A stretch of 64,000 bases of DNA from Auanema rhodensis (lineage: Eukaryota; Animalia; Nematoda), in contig CAXKVF010000082.1 in the NCBI GenBank assembly GCA_964057225.1, positions 124,001 through 188,000 on the forward strand, given 5' to 3'. The notes under the pieces were generated by a model. The model was not told the origin of the DNA. It made no database searches and saw only the letters and a list, made by a program, of their open reading frames with translations. Of this stretch, positions 41,508-55,900 are shown one piece after another (position 1 is the stretch's first letter; each line of letters opens with the position of its first letter). The translations under genes were made by a program, and so were the position numbers.

Positions 41508-44500
41508 ACGTGAAGCGAGTTACATACCAAGTGCACATCACGTGTACATTTAATTAGCATAAATTAAAGTTCACGTAAATTTCAAAGTCATGGTTACCAT
41601 GCACCAATATCAATAAAAATTTGTTTTTAGACTAATATGGACATGGGGAATCTAATTTTGAAAACCGCATCTCTTTATCTTTCACGTGAAGCGAGTTACA
41701 TACCAAGTGCACATCACGTGTACATTTAATTAGCATAAATTAAAGTTCACGTAAATTTCAAAGTCATGGTTACCATGAACCAATATCAATAAAAATTTGT
41801 TTTTAGACTAATATGGACATGGGGAATCTAATTTTGAAAACCGCATCTCTTTATCTTTCACGTGAAGCGAGTTACATACCAAGTGCACATCACGTGTACA
41901 TTTAATTAGCATAAATTAAAGTTCACGTAAATTTCAAAGTCATGGTTACCATGAACCAATATCAATAAAAATTTGTTTTTAGACTAATATGAACATGGGG
42001 AATCTAATTTTGGAAACCGCATCTCTTTATCATTCACGTGAAGCGAGTTACATACCAAGTGCACATCACGTGTACATTTAATTAGCATAAATTAAAGTTC
42101 ACGTAAATTTCAAAGTCATGGTTACCATGAAGCAATATCAATAAAAATTTGTTTTTAGACTAATATGGACATGGGGAATCTAATTTTGAAAACCGCATCT
42201 CTTTATCTTTCACGTGAAGCGAGTTACATACCAAGTGCACATCACGTGTACATTTAATTAGCATAAATTAAAGTTCACGTAAATTTCAAAGTCATGGTTA
42301 CCATGAAGCAATATCAATAAAAATTTGTTTTTAGACTAATATGGACATGGGGAATCTAATTTTGAAAACCGCATCTCTTTATCTTTCACGTGAAGCGAGT
42401 TACATATCAAGTGCACATCACGTGTACATTTAATTAGCATAAATTAAAGTTCACGTAAATTTCAAAGTCATGGTTACCATGAACCAATATCAATAAAAAT
42501 TTGTTTTTAGACTAATATGGACATGGGGAATCTAATTTTGAAAACCGCATCTCTTTATCTTTCACGTGAAGCGAGTTACATACCAAGTGCACATCACGTG
42601 TACATTTAATTAGCATAAATTAAAGTTCACGTAAAATTCAAAGTCATGGTTACCATGCACCAATATCAATAAAAATTTGTTTTTAGACTAATATGGACAT
42701 GGGGAATCTAATTTTGAAAACCGCATCTCTTTATCTGTCACGTGAAGCGAGTTACATACCAAATGCACATCACGTGTACATTTAATTAGCATAAATTAAA
42801 GTTCACGTAAAATTCAAAGTCATGGTTACCATGCACCAATATCAATAAAAATTTGTTTTTAGACTAATATGGACATGGGGAATCTAATTTTGAAAACCGC
42901 ATCTCTTTATCTTTCACGTGAAGCGAGTTACATACCAAGTGCACATCACGTGTACATTTAATTAGCATAAATTAAAGTTCACGTAAATTTCAAAGTCATG
43001 GTTACCATGCACCAATATCAATAAAAATTTGTTTTTAGACTAATATGGACATGGGGAATCTAATTTTGAAAACCGCATCTCTTTATCTTTCACGTGAAGC
43101 GAGTTACATACCAAGTGCACATCACGTGTACATTTAATTAGCATAAATTAAAGTTCACGTAAATTTCAAAGTCATGGTTACCATGAACCAATATCAATAA
43201 AAATTTGTTTTTAGACTAATATGGACATGGGGAATCTAATTTTGAAAACCGCATCTCTTTATCTTTCACGTGAAGCGAGTTACATACCAAGTGCACATCA
43301 CGTGTACATTTAATTAGCATAAATTAAAGTTCACGTAAATTTCAAAGTCATGGTTACCATGAACCAATATCAATAAAAATTTGTTTTTAGACTAATATGA
43401 ACATGGGGAATCTAATTTTGGAAACCGCATCTCTTTATCTTTCACGTGAAGCGAGTTACATACCAAGTGCACATCACGTGTACATTTAATTAGCATAAAT
43501 TAAAGTTCACGTAAATTTCAAAGTCATGGTTACCATGAAGCAATATCAATAAAAATTTGTTTTTAGACTAATATGGACATGGGGAATCTAATTTTGAAAA
43601 CCGCATCTCTTTATCTTTCACGTGAAGCGAGTTACATACCAAGTGCACATCACGTGTACATTTAATTAGCATAAATTAAAGTTCACGTAAAATTCAAAGT
43701 CATGGTTACCATGCACCAATATCAATAAAAATTTGGTTTTAGACTAATATGGACATGGGGAATCTAATTTTGAAAACCGCATCTCTTTATCTTTCACGTG
43801 AAGCGAGTTACATACCAAGTGCACATCACGTGTACATTTAATTAGCATAAATTAAAGTTCACGTAAATTTCAAAGTCATGGTTACCATGCACCAATATCA
43901 ATAAAAATTTGTTTTTAGACTAATATGGACATGGGGAATCTAATTTTGAAAACCGCATCTCTTTATCTTTCACGTGAAGCGAGTTACATACCAAGTGCAC
44001 ATCACGTGTACATTTAATTAGCATAAATTAAAGTTCACGTAAATTTCAAAGTCATGGTTACCATGAAGCAATATCAATAAAAATTTGTTTTTAGACTAAT
44101 ATGGACATGGGGAATCTAATTTTGAAAACCGCATCTCTTTATCTTTCACGTGAAGCGAGTTACATACCAAGTGCACATCACGTGTACATTTAATTAGCAT
44201 AAATTAAAGTTCACGTAAAATTCAAAGTCATGGTTACCATGCACCAATATCAATAAAAATTTGTTTTTAGACTAATATGGACATGGGGAATCTAATTTTG
44301 AAAACCGCATCTCTTTATCTTTCACGTGAAGCGAGTTACATACCAAGTGCACATCACGTGTACATTTAATTAGCATAAATTAAAGTTCACGTAAATTTCA
44401 AAGTCATGGTTACCATGCACCAATATCAATAAAAATTTGTTTTTAGACTAATATGGACATGGGGAATCTAATTTTGAAAACCGCATCTCTTTATCTTTCA

Positions 44501-47139
44501 CGTGAAGCGAGTTACATACCAAGTGCACATCACGTGTACATTTAATTAGCATAAATTAAAGTTCACGTAAATTTCAAAGTCATGGTTACCATGAACCAAT
44601 ATCAATAAAAATTTGTTTTTAGACTAATATGGACATGGGGAATCTAATTTTGAAAACCGCATCTCTTTATCTTTCACGTGAAGCGAGTTACATACCAAGT
44701 GCACATCACGTGTACATTTAATTAGCATAAATTAAAGTTCACGTAAATTTCAAAGTCATGGTTACCATGAAGCAATATCAATAAAAATTTGTTTTTAGAC
44801 TAATATGGACATGGGGAATCTAATTTTGAAAACCGCATCTCTTTATCTTTCACGTGAAGCGAGTTACATACCAAGTGCACATCACGTGTACATTTAATTA
44901 GCATAAATTAAAGTTCACGTAAAATTCAAAGTCATGGTTACCATGCACCAATATCAATGAAAATTTGTTTTTAGACTAATATGGACATGGGGAATCTAAT
45001 TTTGAAAACCGCATCTCTTTATCTTTCACGTGAAGCGAGTTACATACCAAGTGCACATCACGTGTACATTTAATTAGCATAAATTAAAGTTCACGTAAAT
45101 TTCAAAGTCATGGTTACCATGAACCAATATCAATAAAAATTTGTTTTTAGACTAATATGGACATGGGGAATCTAATTTTGAAAACCGCATCTCTTTATCT
45201 CTCACGTGAAGCGAGTTACATACCAAGTGCACATCACGTGTACATTTAACTAGCATAAATTAAAGTTCACGTAAATTTCAAAGTCATGGTTACCATGAAC
45301 CAATATCAATAAAAATTTGTTTTTAGACTAATATGGACATGGGGAATCTAATTTTGAAAACCGCATCTCTTTATCTTTCACGTGAAGCGAGTTACATACC
45401 AAGTGCACATCACGTGTACATTTAATTAGCATAAATTAAAGTTCACGTAAATTTCAAAGTCATGGTTACCATGAAGCAATATCAATAAAAATTTGTTTTT
45501 AGACTAATATGGACATGGGGAATCTAATTTTGAAAACCGCATCTCTTTATCTTTCACGTGAAGCGAGTTACATACCAAGTGCACATCACGTGTACATTTA
45601 ATTAGCATAAATTAAAGTTCACGTAAATTTCAAAGTCATGGTTACCATGAACCAATATCAATAAAAATTTGTTTTTAGACTAATATGGACATGGGGAATC
45701 TAATTTTGAAAACCGCATCTCTTTATCTTTCACGTGAAGCGAGTTACATACCAAGTGCACATCACGTGTACATTTAATTAGCATAAATTAAAGTTCACGT
45801 AAAATTCAAAGTCATGGTTACCATGCACCAATATCAATAAAAATTTGTTTTTAGACTAATATGGACATGGGGAATCTAATTTTGAAAACCGCATCTCTTT
45901 ATCTTTCACGTGAAGCGAGTTACATACCAAGTGCACATCACGTGTACATTTAATTAGCATAAATTAAAGTTCACGTAAATTTCAAAGTCATGGTTACCAT
46001 GCACCAATATCAATAAAAATTTGTTTTTAGACTAATATGGACATGGGGAATCTAATTTTGAAAACCGCATCTCTTTATCTTTCACGTGAAGCGAGTTACA
46101 TACCAAGTGCACATCACGTGTACATTTAATTAGCATAAATTAAAGTTCACGTAAATTTCAAAGTCATGGTTACCATGAACCAATATCAATAAAAATTTGT
46201 TTTTAGACTAATATGGACATGGGGAATCTAATTTTGAAAACCGCATCTCTTTATCTTTCACGTGAAGCGAGTTACATACCAAGTGCACATCACGTGTACA
46301 TTTAATTAGCATAAATTAAAGTTCACGTAAATTTCAAAGTCATGGTTACCATGAACCAATATCAATAAAAATTTGTTTTTAGACTAATATGAACATGGGG
46401 AATCTAATTTTGGAAACCGCATCTCTTTATCTTTCACGTGAAGCGAGTTACATACCAAGTGCACATCACGTGTACATTTAATTAGCATAAATTAAAGTTC
46501 ACGTAAATTTCAAAGTCATGGTTACCATGCACCAATATCAATAAAAATTTGTTTTTAGACTAATATGGACATGGGGAATCTAATTTTGAAAACCGCATCT
46601 CTTTATCTTTCACGTGAAGCGAGTTACATACCAAGTGCACATCACGTGTACATTTAATTAGCATAAATTAAAGTTCACGTAAATTTCAAAGTCATGGTTA
46701 CCATGAACCAATATCAATAAAAATTTGTTTTTAGACTAATATGGACATGGGGAATCTAATTTTGAAAACCGCATCTCTTTATCTTTCACGTGAAGCGAGT
46801 TACATACCAAGTGCACATCACGTGTACATTTAATTAGCATAAATTAAAGTTCACGTAAATTTCAAAGTCATGGTTACCATGAACCAATATCAATAAAAAT
46901 TTGTTTTTAGACTAATATGGACATGGGGAATCTAATTTTGAAAACCGCATCTCTTTATCTTTCACGTGAAGCGAGTTACATACCAAGTGCACATCACGTG
47001 TACATTTAATTAGCATAAATTAAAGTTCACGTAAATTTCAAAGTCATGGTTACCATGAACCAATATCAATAAAAATTTGTTTTTAGACTAATATGGACAT
47101 GGGGAATCTAATTTTGAAAACCGCATCTCTTTTTCTTTC

Positions 47140-48195
47140 ACGTGAAGCGAGTTACATACCAAGTGCACATCACGTGTACATTTAATTAGCATAAATTAAA
47201 GTTCACGTAAATTTCAAAGTCATGGTTACCATGAACCAATATCAATTAAAATTTGTTTTTAGATTAATATGGACATGGGCAATCTAATTTTGAAAACCGC
47301 ATCTCTTTATCTTTCACGTGAAGCGAGTTACATACCAAGTGCACATCACGTGTACATTTAATTAGCATAAATTAAAGTTCACGTAAATTTCAAAGTCATG
47401 GTTACCATGAACCAATATCAATAAAAATTTGTTTTTAGACTAATATGGACATGGGCAATCTAATTTTGAAAACCGCATCTCTTTATCTTTCACGTGAAGC
47501 GAGTTACATACCAAGTGCACATCACGTGTACATTTAATTAGCATAAATTAAAGTTCACGTAAATTTCAAAGTCATGGTTACCATGAACCAATATCAATAA
47601 AAATTTGTTTTTAGACTAATATGGACATGGGGAATCTAATTTTGAAAACCGCATCTCTTTATCTTTCACGTGAAGCGAGTTACATACCAAGTGCACATCA
47701 CGTGTACATTTAATTAGCATAAATTAAAGTTCACGTAAATTTCAAAGTCATGGTTACCATGAACCAATATCAATTAAAATTTGTTTTTAGACTAATATGG
47801 ACATGGGCAATCTAATTTTGAAAACCGCATCTCTTTATCTTTCACGTGAAGCGAGTTACATACCAAGTGCACATCACGTGTACATTTAATTAGCATAAAT
47901 TAAAGTTCACGTAAATTTCAAAGTCATGGTTACCATGAACCAATATCAATAAAAATTTGTTTTTAGACTAATATGGACATGGGCAATCTAATTTTGAAAA
48001 CCGCATCTCTTTATCTTTCACGTGAAGCGAGTTACATACCAAGTGCACATCACGTGTACATTTAATTAGCATAAATTAAAGTTCACGTAAATTTCAAAGT
48101 CATGGTTACCATGAACCAATATCAATAAAAATTTGTTTTTAGACTAATATGGACATGGGGAATCTAATTTTGAAAACCGCATCTCTTTATCTTTC
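47140..48195. repeat. 3-monomer tandem duplication
   Basis: atcaattaaa at ~47247/47775 and gggcaat at 47280/47808 and 47456/47984, all at +528 bp. Confidence 0.85.
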
Positions 48196-48899
48196 ACGTG
48201 AAGCGAGTTACATACCAAGTGCACATCACGTGTACATTTAATTAGCATAAATTAAAGTTCACGTAAAATTCAAAGTCATGGTTACCATGCACCAATATCA
48301 ATAAAAATTTGTTTTTAGACTAATATGGACATGGGGAATCTAATTTTGAAAACCGCATCTCTTTATCTTTCACGTGAAGCGAGTTACATACCAAGTGCAC
48401 ATCACGTGTACATTTAATTAGCATAAATTAAAGTTCACGTAAATTTCAAAGTCATGGTTACCATGAACCAATATCAATAAAAATTTGTTTTTAGACTAAT
48501 ATGGACATGGGGAATCTAATTTTGAAAACCGCATCTCTTTATCTTTCACGTGAAGCGAGTTACATACCAAGTGCACATCACGTGTACATTTAATTAGCAT
48601 AAATTAAAGTTCACGTAAATTTCAAAGTCATGGTTACCATGAAGCAATATCAATAAAAATTTGTTTTTAGACTAATATGGACATGGGGAATCTAATTTTG
48701 AAAACCGCATCTCTTTATCTTTCACGTGAAGCGAGTTACATACCAAGTGCACATCACGTGTACATTTAATTAGCATAAATTAAAGTTCACGTAAATTTCA
48801 AAGTCATGGTTACCATGCACCAATATCAATAAAAATTTGTTTTTAGACTAATATGGACATGGGGAATCTAATTTTGAAAACCGCATCTCTTTATCTTTC

Positions 48900-49955
48900 A
48901 CGTGAAGCGAGTTACATACCAAGTGCACATCACGTGTACATTTAATTAGCATAAATTAAAGTTCACGTAAATTTCAAAGTCATGGTTACCATGAACCAAT
49001 ATCAATAAAAATTTGTTTTGAGACTAATATGGACATGGGGAATCTAATTTTGAAAACCGCATCTCTTTATCTTTCACGTGAAGCGAGTTACATACCAAGT
49101 GCACATCACGTGTACATTTAATTAGCATAAATTAAAGTTCACGTAAATTTCAAAGTCATGGTTACCATGAAGCAATATCAATAAAAATTTGTTTTTAGAC
49201 TAATATGGTCATGGGGAATCTAATTTTGAAAACCGCATCTCTTTATCTTTCACGTGAAGCGAGTTACATACCAAGTTCACATCACGTATACATTTAATTA
49301 GCATAAATTAAAGTTCACGTAAATTTCAAAGTCATGGTTACCATGAACCAATATCGATAAAAATTTGTTTTGAGACTAATATGGACATGGGGAATCTAAT
49401 TTTGAAAACCGCATCTCTTTATCTTTCACGTGAAGCGAGTTACATACCAAGTGCACATCACGTGTACATTTAATTAGCATAAATTAAAGTTCACGTAATC
49501 TTCAAAGTCATGGTTACCATGAACCAATATCAATAAAAATTTGTTTTGAGACTAATATGGACATGGGGAATCTAATTTTGAAAACCGCATCTCTTTATCT
49601 TTCACGTGAAGCGAGTTACATACCAAGTGCACATCACGTGTACATTTAATTAGCATAAATTAAAGTTCACGTAAATTTCAAAGTCATGGTTACCATGAAG
49701 CAATATCAATAAAAATTTGTTTTTAGACTAATATGGTCATGGGGAATCTAATTTTGAAAACCGCATCTCTTTATCTTTCACGTGAAGCGAGTTACATACC
49801 AAGTTCACATCACGTATACATTTAATTAGCATAAATTAAAGTTCACGTAAATTTCAAAGTCATGGTTACCATGAACCAATATCGATAAAAATTTGTTTTG
49901 AGACTAATATGGACATGGGGAATCTAATTTTGAAAACCGCATCTCTTTATCTTTC
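48900..49955. repeat. 3-monomer tandem duplication
   Basis: ggtcat (49209/49737), aagttcacatcacgtata (49277/49805) and atcgat repeat at +528 bp. Confidence 0.88.
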
Positions 49956-52900
49956 ACGTGAAGCGAGTTACATACCAAGTGCACATCACGTGTACATTTA
50001 ATTAGCATAAATTAAAGTTCACGTAAAATTCAAAGTCATGGTTACCATGCACCAATATCAATAAAAATTTGTTTTTAGACTAATATGGACATGGGGAATC
50101 TAATTTTGAAAACCGCATCTCTTTATCTTTCACGTGAAGCGAGTTACATACCAAGTGCACATCACGTGTACATTTAATTAGCATAAATTAAAGTTCACGT
50201 AATCTTCAAAGTCATGGTTACCATGAACCAATATCAATAAAAATTTGTTTTTAGACTAATATGGACATGGGGAATCTAATTTTGAAAACCGCATCTCTTT
50301 ATCTTTCACGTGAAGCGAGTTACATACCAAGTGCACATCACGTGTACATTTAATTAGCATAAATTAAAGTTCACGTAAATTTCAAAGTCATGGTTACCAT
50401 GAACCAATATCAATAAAAATTTGTTTTTAGACTAATATGGACATGGGGAATCTAATTTTGAAAACCGCATCTCTTTATCTTTCACGTGAAGCGAGTTACA
50501 TACCAAGTGCACATCACGTGTACATTTAATTAGCATAAATTAAAGTTCACGTAAATTTCAAAGTCATGGTTACCATGAAGCAATATCAATAAAAATTTGT
50601 TTTTAGACTAATATGGACATGGGGAATCTAATTTTGAAAACCGCATCTCTTTATCTTTCACGTGAAGCGAGTTACATACCAAGTGCACATCACGTGTACA
50701 TTTAATTAGCATAAATTAAAGTTCACGTAAATTTCAAAGTCATGGTTACCATGAAGCAATATCAATAAAAATTTGTTTTTAGACTAATATGGACATGGGG
50801 AATCTAATTTTGAAAACCGCATCTCTTTATCTTTCACGTGAAGCGAGTTACATACCAAGTGCACATCACGTGTACATTTAATTAGCATAAATTAAAGTTC
50901 ACGTAAATTTCAAAGTCATGGTTACCATGAAGCAATATCAATAAAAATTTGTTTTTAGACTAATATGGACATGGGGAATCTAATTTTGAAAACCGCATCT
51001 CTTTATCTTCCACGTGAAGCGAGTTACATACCAAGTGCACATCACGTGTACATTTAATTAGCATAAATTAAAGTTCACGTAAATTTCAAAGTCATGGTTA
51101 CCATGAAGCAATATCAATAAAAATTTGTTTTTAGACTAATATGGACATAGGGAATCTAATTTTGAAAACCGCATCTCTTTATCTTTCACGTGAAGCGAGT
51201 TACATACCAAGTGCACATCACGTGTACATTTAATTAGCATAAATTAAAGTTCACGTAAATTTCAAAGTCATGGTTACCATGAACCAATATCAATAAAAAT
51301 TTGTTTTTAGACTAATATGGACATAGGGAATCTAATTTTGAAAACCGCATCTCTTTATCTTTCACGTGAAGCGAGTTACATACCAAGTGCACATCACGTG
51401 TACATTTAATTAGCATAAATTAAAGTTCACGTAAAATTCAAAGTCATGGTTACCATGCACCAATATCAATAAAAATTTGTTTTTAGACTAATATGGACAT
51501 GGGGAATCTAATTTTGAAAACCGCATCTCTTTATCTTTCACGTGAAGCGAGTTACATACCAAGTGCACATCACGTGTACATTTAATTAGCATAAATTAAA
51601 GTTCACGTAAATTTCAAAGTCATGGTTACCATGAACCAATATCAATAAAAATTTGTTTTGAGACTAATATGGACATGGGGAATCTAATTTTGAAAACCGC
51701 ATCTCTTTATCTTTCACGTGAAGCGAGTTACATACCAAGTGCACATCACGTGTACATTTAATTAGCATAAATTAAAGTTCACGTAAATTTCAAAGTCATG
51801 GTTACCATGAAGCAATATCAATAAAAATTTGTTTTTAGACTAATATGGACATGGGGAATCTAATTTTAAAAACCGCATCTCTTTATCTTTCACGTGAAGC
51901 GAGTTACATACCAAGTGCACATCATGTGTACATTTAATTAGCATAAATTAAAGTTCACGTAAAATTCAAAGTCATGGTTACCATGCACCAATATCAATAA
52001 AAATTTGTTTTTAGACTAATATGGACATGGGGAATCTAATTTTGAAAACCGCATCTCTTCATCTTTCACGTGAAGCGAGTTACATACCAAGTGCACATCA
52101 CGTGTACATTTAATTAGCATAAATTAAAGTTCACGTAAATTTCAAAGTCATGGTTACCATGAACCAATATCAATAAAAATTTGTTTTTAGACTAATATGG
52201 ACATGGGGAATCTAATTTTGAAAACCGCATCTCTTTATCTTTCACGTGAAGCGAGTTACATACCAAGTGCACATCATGTGTACATTTAATTAGCATAAAT
52301 TAAAGTTCACGTAAAATTCAAAGTCATGGTTACCATGCACCAATATCAATAAAAATTTGTTTTTAGACTAATATGGACATGGGGAATCTAATTTTGAAAA
52401 CCGCATCTCTTCATCTTTCACGTGAAGCGAGTTACATACCAAGTGCACATCACGTGTACATTTAATTAGCATAAATTAAAGTTCACGTAAATTTCAAAGT
52501 CATGGTTACCATGAAGCAATATCAATAAAAATTTGTTTTTAGACTAATATGGACATGGGGAATCTAATTTTGAAAACCGCATCTCTTCATCTTTCACGTG
52601 AAGCGAGTTACATACCAAGTGCACATCACGTGTACATTTAATTAGCATAAATTAAAGTTCACGTAAATTTCAAAGTCATGGTTACCATGAACCAATATCA
52701 ATAAAAATTTGTTTTTAGACTAATATGGACATGGGGAATCTAATTTTGAAAACCGCATCTCTTCATCTTTCACGTGAAGCGAGTTACATACCAAGTGCAC
52801 ATCACGTGTACATTTAATTAGCATAAATTAAAGTTCACGTAAATTTCAAAGTCATGGTTACCATGAACCAATATCAATAAAAATTTGTTTTTAGACTAAT

Positions 52901-55900
52901 ATGGACATGGGGAATCTAATTTTGAAAACCGCATCTCTTTATCTTTCACGTGAAGCGAGTTACATACCAAGTGCACATCATGTGTACATTTAATTAGCAT
53001 AAATTAAAGTTCACGTAAAATTCAAAGTCATGGTTACCATGCACCAATATCAATAAAAATTTGTTTTTAGACTAATATGGACATGGGGAATCTAATTTTG
53101 AAAACCGCATCTCTTCATCTTTCACGTGAAGCGAGTTACATACCAAGTGCACATCACGTGTACATTTAATTAGCATAAATTAAAGTTCACGTAAATTTCA
53201 AAGTCATGGTTACCATGAAGCAATATCAATAAAAATTTGTTTTCAGACTAATATGGACATGGGGAATCTAATTTTGAAAACCGCATCTCTTTATCTTTCA
53301 CGTGAAGCGAGTTACATACCAAGTGCACATCACGTGTACATTTAATTAGCATAAATTAAAGTTCACGTAAATTTCAAAGTCATGGTTACCATGAACCAAT
53401 ATCAATAAAAATTTGTTTTTAGACTAATATGGACATGGGGAATCTAATTTTGAAAACCGCATCTCTTTATCTTTCACGTGAAGCGAGTTACATACCAAGT
53501 GCACATCACGTGTACATTTAATTAGCATAAATTAAAGTTCACGTAAATTTCAAAGTCATGGTTACCATGAAGCAATATCAATAAAAATTTGTTTTTAGAC
53601 TAATATGGACATGGGGAATCTAATTTTGAAAACCGCATCTCTTTATCTTTCACGTGAAGCGAGTTACATACCAAGTGCACATCACGTGTACATTTAATTA
53701 GCATAAATTAAAGTTCACGTAAATTTCAAAGTCATGGTTACCATGAACCAATATCAATAAAAATTTGTTTTTAGACTAATATGGACATGGGGAATCTAAT
53801 TTTGAAAACCGCATCTCTTTATCTTTCACGTGAAGCGAGTTACATACCAAGTGCACATCACGTGTACATTTAATTAGCATAAATTAAAGTTCACGTAAAA
53901 TTCAAAGTCATGGTTACCATGCACCAATATCAATAAAAATTTGTTTTTAGACTAATATGGACATGGGGAATCTAATTTTGAAAACCGCATCTCTTTATCT
54001 TTCACGTGAAGCGAGTTACATACCAAGTGCACATCACGTGTACATTTAATTAGCATAAATTAAAGTTCACGTAAATTTCAAAGTCATGGTTACCATGAAC
54101 CAATATCAATAAAAATTTGTTTTTAGACTAATATGAACATGGGGAATCTAATTTTGGAAACCGCATCTCTTTATCTTTCACGTGAAGCGAGTTACATACC
54201 AAGTGCACATCACGTGTACATTTAATTAGCATAAATTAAAGTTCACGTAAATTTCAAAGTCATGGTTACCATGAAGCAATATCAATAAAAATTTGTTTTT
54301 AGACTAATATGGACATGGGGAATCTAATTTTGAAAACCGCATCTCTTTATCTTTCACGTGAAGCGAGTTACATACCAAGTGCACATCACGTGTACATTTA
54401 ATTAGCATAAATTAAAGTTCACGTAAATTTCAAAGTCATGGTTACCATGAACCAATATCAATAAAAATTTGTTTTTAGACTAATATGGACATGGGGAATC
54501 TAATTTTGAAAACCGCATCTCTTTATCTTTCACGTGAAGCGAGTTACATACCAAGTGCACATCACGTGTACATTTAATTAGCATAAATTAAAGTTCACGT
54601 AAATTTCAAAGTCATGGTTACCATGAACCAATATCAATAAAAATTTGTTTTTAGACTAATATGAACATGGGAAATCTAATTGTGGAAACCGCATCTCTTT
54701 ATCTTTCACGTGAAGCGAGTTACATACCAAGTGCACATCACGTGTACATTTAATTAGCATAAATTAAAGTTCACGTAAATTTCAAAGTCATGGTTACCAT
54801 GAACCAATATCAATAAAAATTTGTTTTTAGACTAATATGGACATGGGAAATCTAATTTTGAAAACCGCATCTCTTTATCTTTCACGTGAAGCGAGTTACA
54901 TACCAAGTGCACATCACGTGTACATTTAATTAGCATAAATTAAAGTTCACGTAAATTTCAAAGTCATGGTTACCATGAACCAATATCAATAAAAATTTGT
55001 TTTTAGACTAATATGAACATGGGGAATCTAATTTTGGAAACCGCATCTCTTTATCTTTCACGTGAAGCGAGTTACATACCAAGTGCACATCACGTGTACA
55101 TTTAATTAGCATAAATTAAAGTTCACGTAAATTTCAAAGTCATGGTTACCATGAAGCAATATCAATAAAAATTTGTTTTTAGACTAATATGGACATGGGG
55201 AATCTAATTTTGAAAACCGCATCTCTTTATCTTTCACGTGAAGCGAGTTACATACCAAGTGCACATCATGTGTACATTTAATTAGCATAAATTAAAGTTC
55301 ACGTAAATTTCAAAGTCATGGTTACCATGCACCAATATCAATAAAAATTTGTTTTTAGACTAATATGGACATGGGGAATCTAATTTTGAAAACCGCATCT
55401 CTTTATCTTTCACGTGAAGCGAGTTACATACCAAGTGCACATCACGTGTACATTTAATTAGCATAAATTAAAGTTCACGTAAATTTCAAAGTCATGGTTA
55501 CCATGAAGCAATATCAATAAAAATTTGTTTTTAGACTAATATGGACATGGGGAATCTAATTTTGAAAACCGCATCTCTTTATCTTTCACGTGAAGCGAGT
55601 TACATACCAAGTGCACATCACGTGTACATTTAATTAGCATAAATTAAAGTTCACGTAAAATTCAAAGTCATGGTTACCATGCACCAATATCAATAAAAAT
55701 TTGTTTTTAGACTAATATGGACATGGGGAATCTAATTTTGAAAACCGCATCTCTTTATCTTTCACGTGAAGCGAGTTACATACCAAGTGCACATCACGTG
55801 TACATTTAATTAGCATAAATTAAAGTTCACGTAAATTTCAAAGTCATGGTTACCATGCACCAATATCAATAAAAATTTGTTTTTAGACTAATATGGACAT

